Assembly (NCBI GenBank): GCA_034661055.1
Contig: JAYEKO010000085.1
Coordinates: 1 to 25,163 of the forward strand
DNA from: Campylobacterota bacterium
GTDB lineage: Bacteria > Campylobacterota > Campylobacteria > Campylobacterales > Sulfurimonadaceae
Length of the DNA: 25,163 bases
Reading direction: 5' to 3'
Made by a program: the position numbers and the translations under genes. A model generated the notes under the pieces. It was not told the DNA's origin. It made no database searches and saw only the letters and a list, made by a program, of their open reading frames with translations. Positions 17,627 to 25,163 of the stretch are shown here, in pieces (position 1 is the first letter of the stretch; the number at the start of each line of letters is the position of its first letter).

Positions 17627-17926
17627 ATGTCAACAGAAGCAGAATCTGAATTTGAAGAAGACGCTGAACCATCATGGCTAATTAAACAGCGTGAAAATGC
17701 TTTAGAAGCAGAAGAAAACTACCAAAAAAAAGAGAAGATTGTCTATAAAAAAGGTGATCAAGTTGGAAATTTTCTTTTTGTGCACTACAATAAACATAAA
17801 AATAGAGCAACCTTTGAGTGCCAAGAGTGCGGTCGTTATTTTACGAGTAACATCTATGCTATTAAAAATAAAAAACGGTGTAAGTGGCATAAGTTTCATG
17901 ATAAGGTTTTTAAGAGAACTAGCTAA
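17627..17926 (+). CDS. Small hypothetical protein with acidic N-terminus and basic Cys/His-rich C-terminus
   Basis: 99-aa ORF starting 1 nt after the upstream stop; CQECG...CKWH. Confidence 0.6.
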   Translation: MSTEAESEFEEDAEPSWLIKQRENALEAEENYQKKEKIVYKKGDQVGNFLFVHYNKHKNRATFECQECGRYFTSNIYAIKNKKRCKWHKFHDKVFKRTS

Positions 17927-17933
17927 GTGTAAG

Positions 17934-18023
17934 TGGTGGACAGGGTGGGATTCGAACCCACGGAGGTATGACCCTCGCTGGTTTTCAAGACCAGTGCATT
18001 CAACCAGGCTCTGCCACCTGTCC
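17934..18023 (-). tRNA. tRNA-Ser(UGA)
   Basis: GGACAGG...CTGGT CT TGA AA ACCAG, long variable arm, GGTTCGAATCC, encoded CCA. Confidence 0.96.
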
Positions 18024-18048
18024 ACTGAATACGAAGTATTTATAAAGT

Positions 18049-18122
18049 TGGAGGCGCCACCCAGATTTGAACTGGGGATAGAAGCTTTGCAGGCTCCGGC
18101 CTTACCACTTGGCGATGGCGCC
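18049..18122 (-). tRNA. tRNA-Cys(GCA)
   Basis: GGCGCCA...GGAGC CT GCA AA GCTTC, AGTTCAAATCT, TCCA end. Confidence 0.96.
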
Positions 18123-18146
18123 ACCAGTTGTCAACTTTAATAATTA

Positions 18147-18233
18147 TGGTGCCCGGAGCCGGACTTGAACCGGCACAGTGTTACCACCGAGGGATTTTAA
18201 GTCCCTTGCGTCTACCAATTTCGCCATCCGGGC
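18147..18233 (-). tRNA. tRNA-Leu(UAA)
   Basis: GCCCGGA...AGGGA CT TAA AA TCCCT, variable arm, GGTTCAAGTCC, ACCA end. Confidence 0.96.
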
Positions 18234-18287
18234 ATTCATAGAAATACCTCAGTTAAAACATAAAAAAATGTCTTAACTGAGATATAA

Positions 18288-18362
<75 letters not shown>

Positions 18363-18395
18363 ACTAAAACAAGCTAAATTTTGTTTTGAGGTGGA

Positions 18396-18424
18396 AGTAT
18401 AGCTAAAAATATTTACCATGTAAA
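18396..18424 (-). promoter_or_regulatory. Sigma70 promoter of the tRNA operon (TTTACA-17 bp-TATACT)
   Basis: -35 at 18419-18424 and -10 at 18396-18401 on the minus strand, 17-bp spacer. Confidence 0.7.
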
Positions 18425-18455
18425 GTCTTTTTTCTAAGAAATCAGATAAATTCGC

Positions 18456-18461
18456 TATAAT
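18456..18461 (+). promoter_or_regulatory. Putative -10 box (TATAAT) for ilvD
   Basis: GCTATAAT upstream of the AAGGA RBS at 18494-18498. Confidence 0.6.
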
Positions 18462-18503
18462 CGCACTAATATATTTATAAAGATTAAAATAGTAAGGATT
18501 TTT

Positions 18504-20192
18504 ATGCGTAGTGATATTATTAAACGTGGGTTTGACAAGACACCACATCGTTCTCTTTTACGTGCAACAGGTTTAAAAGATGAAGACTTTGACAAACCAT
18601 TTATTGGGGTGGCTAACTCTCACATTGATATTATTCCAGGACATTTCTTTTTACAAGAGTATGGTCGTATAGTTAAAGATGCCATTCGTGAAGCTGGTGG
18701 TGTGCCATTTGAATTTAATACTATTGGTGTTGATGATGGTATTGCTATGGGTCATGAGGGAATGCTTTATTCTCTTCCATCTCGTGAATTAATTGCAGAC
18801 TCTATTGAAACTGTTATGAATGCTCACCAATTAGATGGACTTATCTGTATTCCCAACTGTGACAAGATTGTTCCAGGGATGTTAATGGGAGCATTGCGTG
18901 TTAATGTGCCGACAATTTTTGTTTCTGGTGGCCCTATGCAGGCAGGTCACAAAAAAGATGGTACGCCAATTGACTTGGCAACTGCTTTTGAAGCTGTTGG
19001 TGAACATGCTGAGGGTAAGATGAGTGATGAAGAGCTTTATGAAATTGAGTGTGAAGCGTGTCCAAGTGGTGGATCATGTTCAGGAATGTTTACTGCAAAC
19101 TCTATGAATACACTTTGTGAAGCTATGGGTGTGGCACTTCCAGGAAACGGAACTGTTCTGGCTATGACTCCTGAGCGAATTGAGATGGTAAAAGTTGCTG
19201 CAAAACGTATTGTTGAGATGGTTAAAGATGAGAATGCTGCAAAATGGAATATGCGTAATATCTTAAATGAGAAAGCAGTGCATAACGCTTTTGTAATTGA
19301 TATGGCAATGGGTGGAAGTTCAAATACGGTTCTTCACATGCTCTCAATTGCTAAAGAGGCAGAGGTGGATTTCAGTATTGATAAAATTAATGAAATTTCT
19401 GAGAATGTTGCCCATATTGCAAAAATTTCTCCGTCATTAACAACTGTTCATATGGATGATATTAACCGTGCTGGTGGGGTTAATGCGGTAATGAAAGAGG
19501 TGAGTCGTCGTGGTGGTGTACTGCACACTGATGCTCTTATGGTAACGGGTGAAACACTAGCAGAGCGTATTGCTGATGCTGAAATTAAAGATACAAACAT
19601 TATTCATACGAATGAAAATGCTTTCTCTCCAGTTGGAGGACTTTCAATTTTATTTGGAAACTTAGCAAAAGAGGGTGCAGTTGTTAAAACAGCTGGAATT
19701 ACACCAAATATGCGTCAATTTACAGGAACTGCTGTCTGTTTTAATTCTCAGCAAGAAGCTATTGCTGGAATTATGAGTCGTAAGGTTCAAGCAGGTAATG
19801 TTGTTGTTATTCGCTATGAGGGTCCTAAAGGTGGTCCAGGTATGCAAGAGATGCTAGCACCAACTTCACTTATTATGGGAATGGGTCTTGGTGAGAGTGT
19901 TGCTCTTATTACCGATGGTCGTTTCTCTGGTGCTACTCGTGGTGCATCAATTGGTCATGTTAGTCCTGAAGCAGCTGAGGGTGGTCTTATTGCTCTTATT
20001 GAAGATGGCGATGAGATTGAACTTGATGTTGATACTCACTTGTTACAGCTTAATGTTGATGAAGCGATATTGGCAAAACGTAGTGCTGCTTGGAAACCAA
20101 TTAAAAAAGAGGTGAAATCAAAATGGCTAAAACGTTATAGTCTTTTAGTCTCTAATGCTTCTAACGGTGCTGCTCTTAAAACAGAGCTTTAA
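18504..20192 (+). CDS. ilvD: Dihydroxy-acid dehydratase
   Basis: [68 protein letters not shown]. Confidence 0.97.
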   Translation: MRSDIIKRGFDKTPHRSLLRATGLKDEDFDKPFIGVANSHIDIIPGHFFLQEYGRIVKDAIREAGGVPFEFNTIGVDDGIAMGHEGMLYSLPSRELIADSIETVMNAHQLDGLICIPNCDKIVPGMLMGALRVNVPTIFVSGGPMQAGHKKDGTPIDLATAFEAVGEHAEGKMSDEELYEIECEACPSGGSCSGMFTANSMNTLCEAMGVALPGNGTVLAMTPERIEMVKVAAKRIVEMVKDENAAKWNMRNILNEKAVHNAFVIDMAMGGSSNTVLHMLSIAKEAEVDFSIDKINEISENVAHIAKISPSLTTVHMDDINRAGGVNAVMKEVSRRGGVLHTDALMVTGETLAERIADAEIKDTNIIHTNENAFSPVGGLSILFGNLAKEGAVVKTAGITPNMRQFTGTAVCFNSQQEAIAGIMSRKVQAGNVVVIRYEGPKGGPGMQEMLAPTSLIMGMGLGESVALITDGRFSGATRGASIGHVSPEAAEGGLIALIEDGDEIELDVDTHLLQLNVDEAILAKRSAAWKPIKKEVKSKWLKRYSLLVSNASNGAALKTEL

Positions 20193-20208
20193 TAGTCATC
20201 ACTGGGTT

Positions 20209-21984
20209 TTAGCCCTTGTGATTGAACTCTGGCACAATTTTTTTAAGTTGTGCTACTTTATTTTTACATGTAAATAACTTATAAATTTCTTCTTGTAGCT
20301 CTTTTCTCGGGTAGTGACTACTTTTTGCTATCATAATGGAGCTGAATTTTGTTTTTTCATCACTTGGGTCTATGAGTAGCTCTTCATAGAGTTTCTCTCC
20401 TGGACGTAAGCCACAAAATTCTATCTCAATTTCATCTTCTTTTCCATAAAGTGAAATCATCTGTGAAGCTAAATCAACAATTTTAACAGGTTCTCCCATA
20501 TCAAGAATAAAAAGTTCACCGCCTTTAGCGATAGAGGCTGCCTGTAAAACCAGTTGACATGCTTCAGGAATAAGCATAAAGTAACGTGTCATTCTCTCAT
20601 CTGTTACGGTTATTGGGCCACCATTTTCAATTTGAGATTTAAACTTAGGAATAACACTTCCGCTTGAGCCTAATACATTTCCAAAACGAACACAGACAAT
20701 TTCACTTTTTTTGGTATCAATATTTTGTGCATAGAGTTCAACAACACGTTTTGTAGTTCCCATTACATTTGTTGGACGAACAGCTTTGTCAGTTGAGATG
20801 ATTACTACTTTAGATAGGCTATATTTAACAGCAAGGTCAATGACATTTTTACTTCCAAGGATATTGTTTTCAATGGCAATATCAATATTGGCTTCACAGA
20901 TAGGGACATGCTTGTACGCAGCGGCATGGATAACTATGTCGATTGAGGTTGATCTAAAAAGTTCTTCGAGTTTGAGATAATCAGTTACAGAGATAAGCTT
21001 AAGTTTTGCATCTGGCAATTTCTCTCCAATTTGGTAGAGGTTGTATTCACTATTATCAAGAAGAGTTAGTGACGATGCTCCAAACTTTTGACACTGTAAG
21101 GCAATTTCACTTCCAATGCTTCCACCTGCACCAGTTATAAGCACTGATTTATTTTGAATAAAAGACTCCACAAGAGTATTATCAAGATCTTTGGGGTGAC
21201 GAGCAAGTAAATCTTCGATAGATAAATCTTGAAGTTTTTCATACTGTTCACCAAGAAGTTTTACTTTTTTTATCTCTTTAATGCCATAGTTTGAGAGAGT
21301 GTCATAAAGTGATTTAAGCGCAGATGTTGGTAGGTCTGCAGTAATGATGACTGCTTGAATATCATAGTTGCCTATTGTCTCTTGCAGTTGCATGTGAGAA
21401 TAGACTTTAAGATTATTTATATAAGTACCTTTTGCACTTTGTTCCTCATAATCTGCGAGGCAAACAGCTACGGGATAATATGGAATTTCATTATTGAGAG
21501 CACTTTTTATAATTGAAGATGTTTTAGGGTTGACACCGATAATTAAGGTCGGTTTGTAAGGATTAATATTTTGCTCAATTTTCATGCGTTTTGAGATACG
21601 TAGTATTCCTATAAAGACAAGAGAGAGAATCAGGTCAATAATGATTACACTACGAGGAAAAGGTTCATAATACTCATGAAATGAAATAAAAATAAGAAAA
21701 AAGATACTGTAAGCAAAAATATGAGCTTTAAAAATATTTTTTGATTCACTGAGTCCAAAAAAACGCCATATGCTAAGATAGATATTGTAGCGTAGAAAAA
21801 AGAGTAGTTTTAGAGAAAAAAGTGTAAAAAAGACAATCCAAAAGTTTGTTAGAAATTCTGAAGGTATTTGAAAATTAAAACGTAAAGCATAGGCACTATA
21901 GAGCGTAAGCATAGAGATGAGAAAATCTAAGCTTAGAAAGAAGATAATACGCTTTGCGTTGCTAGGTTTTAATATTCTAGTCAT
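20209..21984 (-). CDS. pglF: Membrane-bound UDP-GlcNAc 4,6-dehydratase (PglF/CapD/WbpM family)
   Basis: N-terminal TM helices; ITGAGGSIGSE, HAAAYKHVP, STDKAVRPTNVMGTTKR, VRFGNVLGSSGSVIP, GLRPGEKLYEEL. Confidence 0.88.
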   Translation of the reverse strand: MTRILKPSNAKRIIFFLSLDFLISMLTLYSAYALRFNFQIPSEFLTNFWIVFFTLFSLKLLFFLRYNIYLSIWRFFGLSESKNIFKAHIFAYSIFFLIFISFHEYYEPFPRSVIIIDLILSLVFIGILRISKRMKIEQNINPYKPTLIIGVNPKTSSIIKSALNNEIPYYPVAVCLADYEEQSAKGTYINNLKVYSHMQLQETIGNYDIQAVIITADLPTSALKSLYDTLSNYGIKEIKKVKLLGEQYEKLQDLSIEDLLARHPKDLDNTLVESFIQNKSVLITGAGGSIGSEIALQCQKFGASSLTLLDNSEYNLYQIGEKLPDAKLKLISVTDYLKLEELFRSTSIDIVIHAAAYKHVPICEANIDIAIENNILGSKNVIDLAVKYSLSKVVIISTDKAVRPTNVMGTTKRVVELYAQNIDTKKSEIVCVRFGNVLGSSGSVIPKFKSQIENGGPITVTDERMTRYFMLIPEACQLVLQAASIAKGGELFILDMGEPVKIVDLASQMISLYGKEDEIEIEFCGLRPGEKLYEELLIDPSDEKTKFSSIMIAKSSHYPRKELQEEIYKLFTCKNKVAQLKKIVPEFNHKG

Positions 21985-23087
21985 TGCAGAGCTTTTTTAA
22001 TTAACGAACAGATATGAAGAACATCATCATGACTCATTTGTGTTCCACTTGGTAAACAGAGTCCCTGTTTAAAAAGATTTTCACTCACGCCAGTACTTAC
22101 ATGTAAAGAGTCTTTAAATAAGGGTTGCAGATGCATAGGCTTCCATAAGAGGCGAGCTTCTATGTTATGCTTTTGCAATTCTTGGATTACATGTAAAGGA
22201 TCTGTTTTGCTCAATGTTAAAGTTGTAAGCCAGCGATTTCCCTTAGTATTTGGAAGCTCAGGCATAAACGTAATCTCTTTTACATCAAAAAGCTCTTGCT
22301 TGTACCATGAAAATATTTGCCTACATTGCATAACTCGTTCATCAAGTACTTCCATTTGAGCTACACCGATAGCAGCTAAAATATTGCTCATACGATAATT
22401 GTACCCATACTCTGTATGTTCATAATAAGGCATATCATCTTTTGCCTGTGTAGCGTAAAAAGATGCTTTGCGAATCCACTCTTTGTTGTGTGAAACTAAA
22501 ATACCACCACCTGATGTACTTAATATTTTATTCCCATTAAAAGAGTAAACTCCAAAATCACCAAAAGTACCACTTTGCTGATTTTTACATGTAGCACCCA
22601 TACTTTCTGCTGCATCTTCTATGAGGTAGATGCCGTGAGCCTTACATGTAAGGGTTATAGCTTCAATATCTGCGCACTGTCCATAGAGGTGTGTAAGAAT
22701 AAGTGCCTTAGGTTTTTTGGGAGCTTTTTTTATCGCCTCTTCAAGAATTAAAGGGTCTAGGTTCCAGCTTTTTTCATCACTATCTATAAAAATAGGGGAA
22801 GCATTTTGATATAAAACAGCACTTATTGAACCGATAAAAGTAAAACTAGAGGCTAAAACATAATCACCTCTACTAATCCCAAGAACTCGCAAGGCAAGAT
22901 GAATTGCGGAGGTGGCATTAATGGTAGCTAAGGCATAAGGTGATGAAGTATAATTTTGCACAATTTCTTCAAAGCGATTTACAAAGGGTCCGAGTGGGGC
23001 GATATAGTTACTCTCAAATGCTTGCGCAATATACTCTTGTTCTTTACCAGACATATGAGGAGGTGAGAGAAAAATTCTATTATCCAT
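21981..23087 (-). CDS. pglE: DegT/DnrJ/EryC1/StrS sugar aminotransferase (PglE-like)
   Basis: RIFLSPPHMSG, IEDAAESMG, SFNGNKILSTSGGG (PLP lysine), GYNYRMSN, WKPMHLQP, GLCLPSG; overlaps the pglF start. Confidence 0.85.
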   Translation of the reverse strand: MDNRIFLSPPHMSGKEQEYIAQAFESNYIAPLGPFVNRFEEIVQNYTSSPYALATINATSAIHLALRVLGISRGDYVLASSFTFIGSISAVLYQNASPIFIDSDEKSWNLDPLILEEAIKKAPKKPKALILTHLYGQCADIEAITLTCKAHGIYLIEDAAESMGATCKNQQSGTFGDFGVYSFNGNKILSTSGGGILVSHNKEWIRKASFYATQAKDDMPYYEHTEYGYNYRMSNILAAIGVAQMEVLDERVMQCRQIFSWYKQELFDVKEITFMPELPNTKGNRWLTTLTLSKTDPLHVIQELQKHNIEARLLWKPMHLQPLFKDSLHVSTGVSENLFKQGLCLPSGTQMSHDDVLHICSLIKKALQ

Positions 23088-23376
23088 TTTCTTGTGCTAT
23101 ATCTTCAAGATTTTTATAAATATCATCATTTTCTCTTTTGCTTACTGTTAAAACAAGTACAATGATTTCATTATCTTTAACTTCATAAATAAGTCTATAT
23201 CCAGCACTTCTTAGTTTAATTTTATAAATATTTTTATAGCCACTTATCTTATCTTTTTTTATTTTTGGGTTTTCTAATCTCTCATTTAGCTTTTTTTTGA
23301 ATTGTGTTTTTATAGAGAATTCCAGTTTATTCCACTCTTTATTGGATATTTCAGTGAAGATTAATTTATAAGTCAT
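23080..23376 (-). CDS. relE: RelE/StbE-family type II toxin
   Basis: YKLIF..KEWNKL, QFKKKL.ERLENP, YKIKLRSAGYRLIYEV, VSKRE. Confidence 0.9.
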   Translation of the reverse strand: MTYKLIFTEISNKEWNKLEFSIKTQFKKKLNERLENPKIKKDKISGYKNIYKIKLRSAGYRLIYEVKDNEIIVLVLTVSKRENDDIYKNLEDIAQENG

Positions 23377-23620
23377 TTATATCTATTCTAATTAAATCTT
23401 CATCATCATACTGTAGCCTCTCATCAATAATCTCACGAAGCTGATGATCTTCTATTATATCCATCATTCTCTCATAAAGCTCACTTGGTACGAGATAGGC
23501 ACTTGGTATATTATGATTCAATATTGCAACGGCTTCATTTCCTGCCTCTTTTAAAAGCTGTGTAGGTGATTTCTTGAGTTCGGTTATGCTTGCGCTGTAG
23601 TTTGCTAAAATAGATTCCAT
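23366..23620 (-). CDS. Phd/YefM (StbD-like) antitoxin
   Basis: ILANYSASITELKKSP, AVAILNHNIPSAYLVP; overlaps relE by 11 nt. Confidence 0.9.
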   Translation of the reverse strand: MESILANYSASITELKKSPTQLLKEAGNEAVAILNHNIPSAYLVPSELYERMMDIIEDHQLREIIDERLQYDDEDLIRIDINDL

Positions 23621-23631
23621 AATTTATCCTT

Positions 23632-23676
23632 TAATATGTACTAAATATTATACTTTATTTAGCTCTTTTTTGCCAA
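23632..23676 (-). promoter_or_regulatory. Promoter (TTGGCA-18 bp-TATAAT) and candidate operator (TAATAT-N7-ATATTA) of the antitoxin-relE operon
   Basis: -10 at 23647-23652, -35 at 23671-23676, inverted repeat 23632-23650 overlapping the -10 and start site. Confidence 0.55.
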
Positions 23677-23691
23677 TTTTTTTAATAATTT

Positions 23692-23712
23692 TTGCAGGAT
23701 TGCAGGATTGCA
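23692..23712. repeat. Short tandem repeat (TTGCAGGA)x2.6
   Basis: TTGCAGGA TTGCAGGA TTGCA directly after the vapC stop. Confidence 0.75.
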
Positions 23713-24084
23713 TCACAACAATTCACAATCATATAGTTCAAATTTTCTATCTACACTTATTATTTTATACTTTTTAGTAATAGCCTGAGATATAATCATT
23801 CTATCAAATGGATCACGATGATGAAATGCCAAGGAGCCTAACAATAAGGCACTGCTTGCATTAAAATCTAAAACATCTATACCCATTTCATCCAATACCA
23901 TCAACATATCTCCATCAAAATCTAAATTTCCAATCGATTTTTTTATCATTATCTCTGCAATGCTTAATGAACTTAAATATATATTATTATCTGAATCTTT
24001 TATATATTCTAAATGCTTTTGATTGATTTTTTTAAGATCTGCAGCCAACCATAAAAAGATATGAGTATCAATAATGATATTCAC
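23713..24084 (-). CDS. vapC: PIN-domain VapC toxin
   Basis: IIDTHIFLW, SSLSIAEI.IK, HHRDPFDRMIISQA, SVDRKF. Confidence 0.9.
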   Translation of the reverse strand: MNIIIDTHIFLWLAADLKKINQKHLEYIKDSDNNIYLSSLSIAEIMIKKSIGNLDFDGDMLMVLDEMGIDVLDFNASSALLLGSLAFHHRDPFDRMIISQAITKKYKIISVDRKFELYDCELL

Positions 24085-24329
24085 ACTTTACTTCCATAAA
24101 ACATCTCATTTATCTCCTGGACTTCACTATCAAAATCATCTGGTATATTTATTTTTCCTTCTAATTGTCCAAATTTTCTTATCTTTGTATTCTCTTCATA
24201 AGGCACTAGCATTGCAACTTTTTTATGTTTTTTACCATACTCAATCACAAATTTTTCTCCATAGTTTTGTACTTGTTCTAAGATAGATGATAAGTCTGAT
24301 TTAAATTGTCCCACTTGTACTGACTGCAT
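24081..24329 (-). CDS. Phd/YefM-like antitoxin partner of VapC
   Basis: QVGQFKSDLSSILEQV, VAMLVP, RKFGQLEGKINIPDDFD; 4-nt overlap with vapC; AAGGAG RBS. Confidence 0.85.
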   Translation of the reverse strand: MQSVQVGQFKSDLSSILEQVQNYGEKFVIEYGKKHKKVAMLVPYEENTKIRKFGQLEGKINIPDDFDSEVQEINEMFYGSKV

Positions 24330-24354
24330 TAGATAACTCCTTGATATTTGATAA

Positions 24355-24384
24355 ATTATATCTATATTTATGACAAGTTGTCAA
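24355..24384 (-). promoter_or_regulatory. Consensus sigma70 promoter (TTGACA-18 bp-TATAAT) with overlapping palindromic operator TGACAA-G-TTGTCA
   Basis: -35 at 24379-24384, -10 at 24355-24360, palindrome at 24371-24383. Confidence 0.75.
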
Positions 24385-24421
24385 GTTGTACTGGAGTGAA
24401 GATTTAATCTTATTCCACTGT

Positions 24422-24823
24422 TTAAATATCTCTTATAATTTTTGCAGGTATTCCAAATGCGATTACATTGTCTGGGATATCATCTATCACTAAACTATGC
24501 GCACCAATGATGGAATTTTTTCCAACTGTTACACCTGGAAGTAGCGTTGAATGACTTCCTATCTTAGAGTTATTTTTTAAGACAATTTCACCTTTTTTAT
24601 CATCAATCGTAGAAACGGAGTAAATAGAACAGTGAGAACCTATCTGCACATTATCTTCAATAATTACACCATATTGTGCATTTATATAACTAAAAGCTCC
24701 AATATCTGTAGCAAAACCTAATTTTAATCCATCTATATTTTGAACAACCCAATTGTATTTTGTAGGTTTTCCCTCGATAATTTCTGGATATTTCCAGTTA
24801 CTAAAACGATGTTTATTTTCCAT
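24422..24823 (-). CDS. Hexapeptide-repeat (left-handed beta-helix) acyltransferase
   Basis: IEDNVQIGSHCSI, IGSHSTLLPGVTVGKNSIIGAHSLV..DIP....FGIPAKII. Confidence 0.85.
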   Translation of the reverse strand: MENKHRFSNWKYPEIIEGKPTKYNWVVQNIDGLKLGFATDIGAFSYINAQYGVIIEDNVQIGSHCSIYSVSTIDDKKGEIVLKNNSKIGSHSTLLPGVTVGKNSIIGAHSLVIDDIPDNVIAFGIPAKIIRDI

Positions 24824-25052
24824 CTATTTTCTCTCCAAAAACTTTTCACAAAATAGAGTCGATGTTATCAGTTCAATATCTCTAGAGTAAAAATCCTTAT
24901 CATTTGAAATTATCAAATCACACTGCTCTTTTTGGGCTAATACAACCTGTAGAGTATTTTCTAAATCTTTATAATTTTTATCTTCTCTCATAAGCTTACA
25001 TGTAGAATTGCATCGATAAAATATTTGCATCGATAAATACCTTTTTATACAT
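24824..25052 (-). pseudogene. Disrupted PIN-domain toxin (frameshift plus probable internal deletion)
   Basis: ATG at 25052 gives the PIN N-terminus MYKKVFIDANI, then stops at 24996; the PIN C-terminus (DLENTLQ..AQKEQCDLIISNDKDF) is in another frame; about 76 codons in total versus about 130-140 for a PIN protein. Confidence 0.78.
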
Positions 25053-25163
25053 CCATATTTGCTTTAATCTCTTGGATAGTCAAATCTCCAAACAGACCAG
25101 TACCACTTCCTGCAAAAGCATAAAGTGCCTCTAACTTTTCCTGAACAGAAATCTCTTCATACT
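25045..25163 (-). CDS. 3' end of a probable antitoxin entering from the right edge (...YEEISVQEKLEALYAFAGSGTGLFGDLTIQEIKANMDV*)
   Basis: Open frame from the edge to TAA at 25047-25045, overlapping the PIN start by 8 nt as in TA pairs. Confidence 0.6.
   Translation of the reverse strand, partial: YEEISVQEKLEALYAFAGSGTGLFGDLTIQEIKANMDV

Noticed and set aside
17934..18023. tRNA with TGA in the anticodon loop as a selenocysteine or suppressor tRNA
   Set aside because: Anticodon UGA reads UCA (Ser); tRNA-Sec would have anticodon UCA
24422..24823. Calling the acyltransferase pglD
   Set aside because: At 133 aa it lacks the N-terminal Rossmann-like domain of PglD
24824..25030. 68-aa ORF as an intact gene
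   Set aside because: It is the out-of-frame C-terminal part of the broken PIN gene that starts at 25052
23080..25163. Integron cassette array explanation for the stacked TA modules
   Set aside because: No RYYYAAC...GTTRRRY attC structure recognised in the spacers, several genes overlap directly, and there is no integrase in the window

Overview
AT-rich bacterial chromosomal DNA, most likely from a free-living Campylobacterota such as a Sulfurimonas-like organism. This is inferred from the desulforubrerythrin, pglE/pglF-like genes, the Gly-Leu-Cys-Ser tRNA operon and AAGGA RBSs. Left to right: mobA, a membrane metallophosphoesterase, a gene remnant, leuC, desulforubrerythrin and a secreted DUF4412-like protein. 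Next is an extended peptidoglycan/amino-sugar recycling neighbourhood: a signal-peptide NagZ-amidase fusion, an SSS symporter, anmK-amgK-ypfJ-murU, and a convergent Cof-HAD/NagP-like MFS/mutarotase set, interrupted by an exported MsrA-thioredoxin-MsrB fusion. The rest holds a MORN-repeat protein, four tRNAs, ilvD, and the end of a glycan-biosynthesis locus interleaved with three type II toxin-antitoxin modules, one of them broken. Two signals stand out. (1) A highly iterated palindrome, (T)TACATGTA(A), occurs 25 times by hand count (about 1 per kb), almost always inside genes, reminiscent of cyanobacterial HIP1 or DNA uptake sequences. (2) The gene set suggests an AmpG-independent, periplasm-first anabolic peptidoglycan recycling route. 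All protein assignments come from motif recognition by eye; no searches were run.
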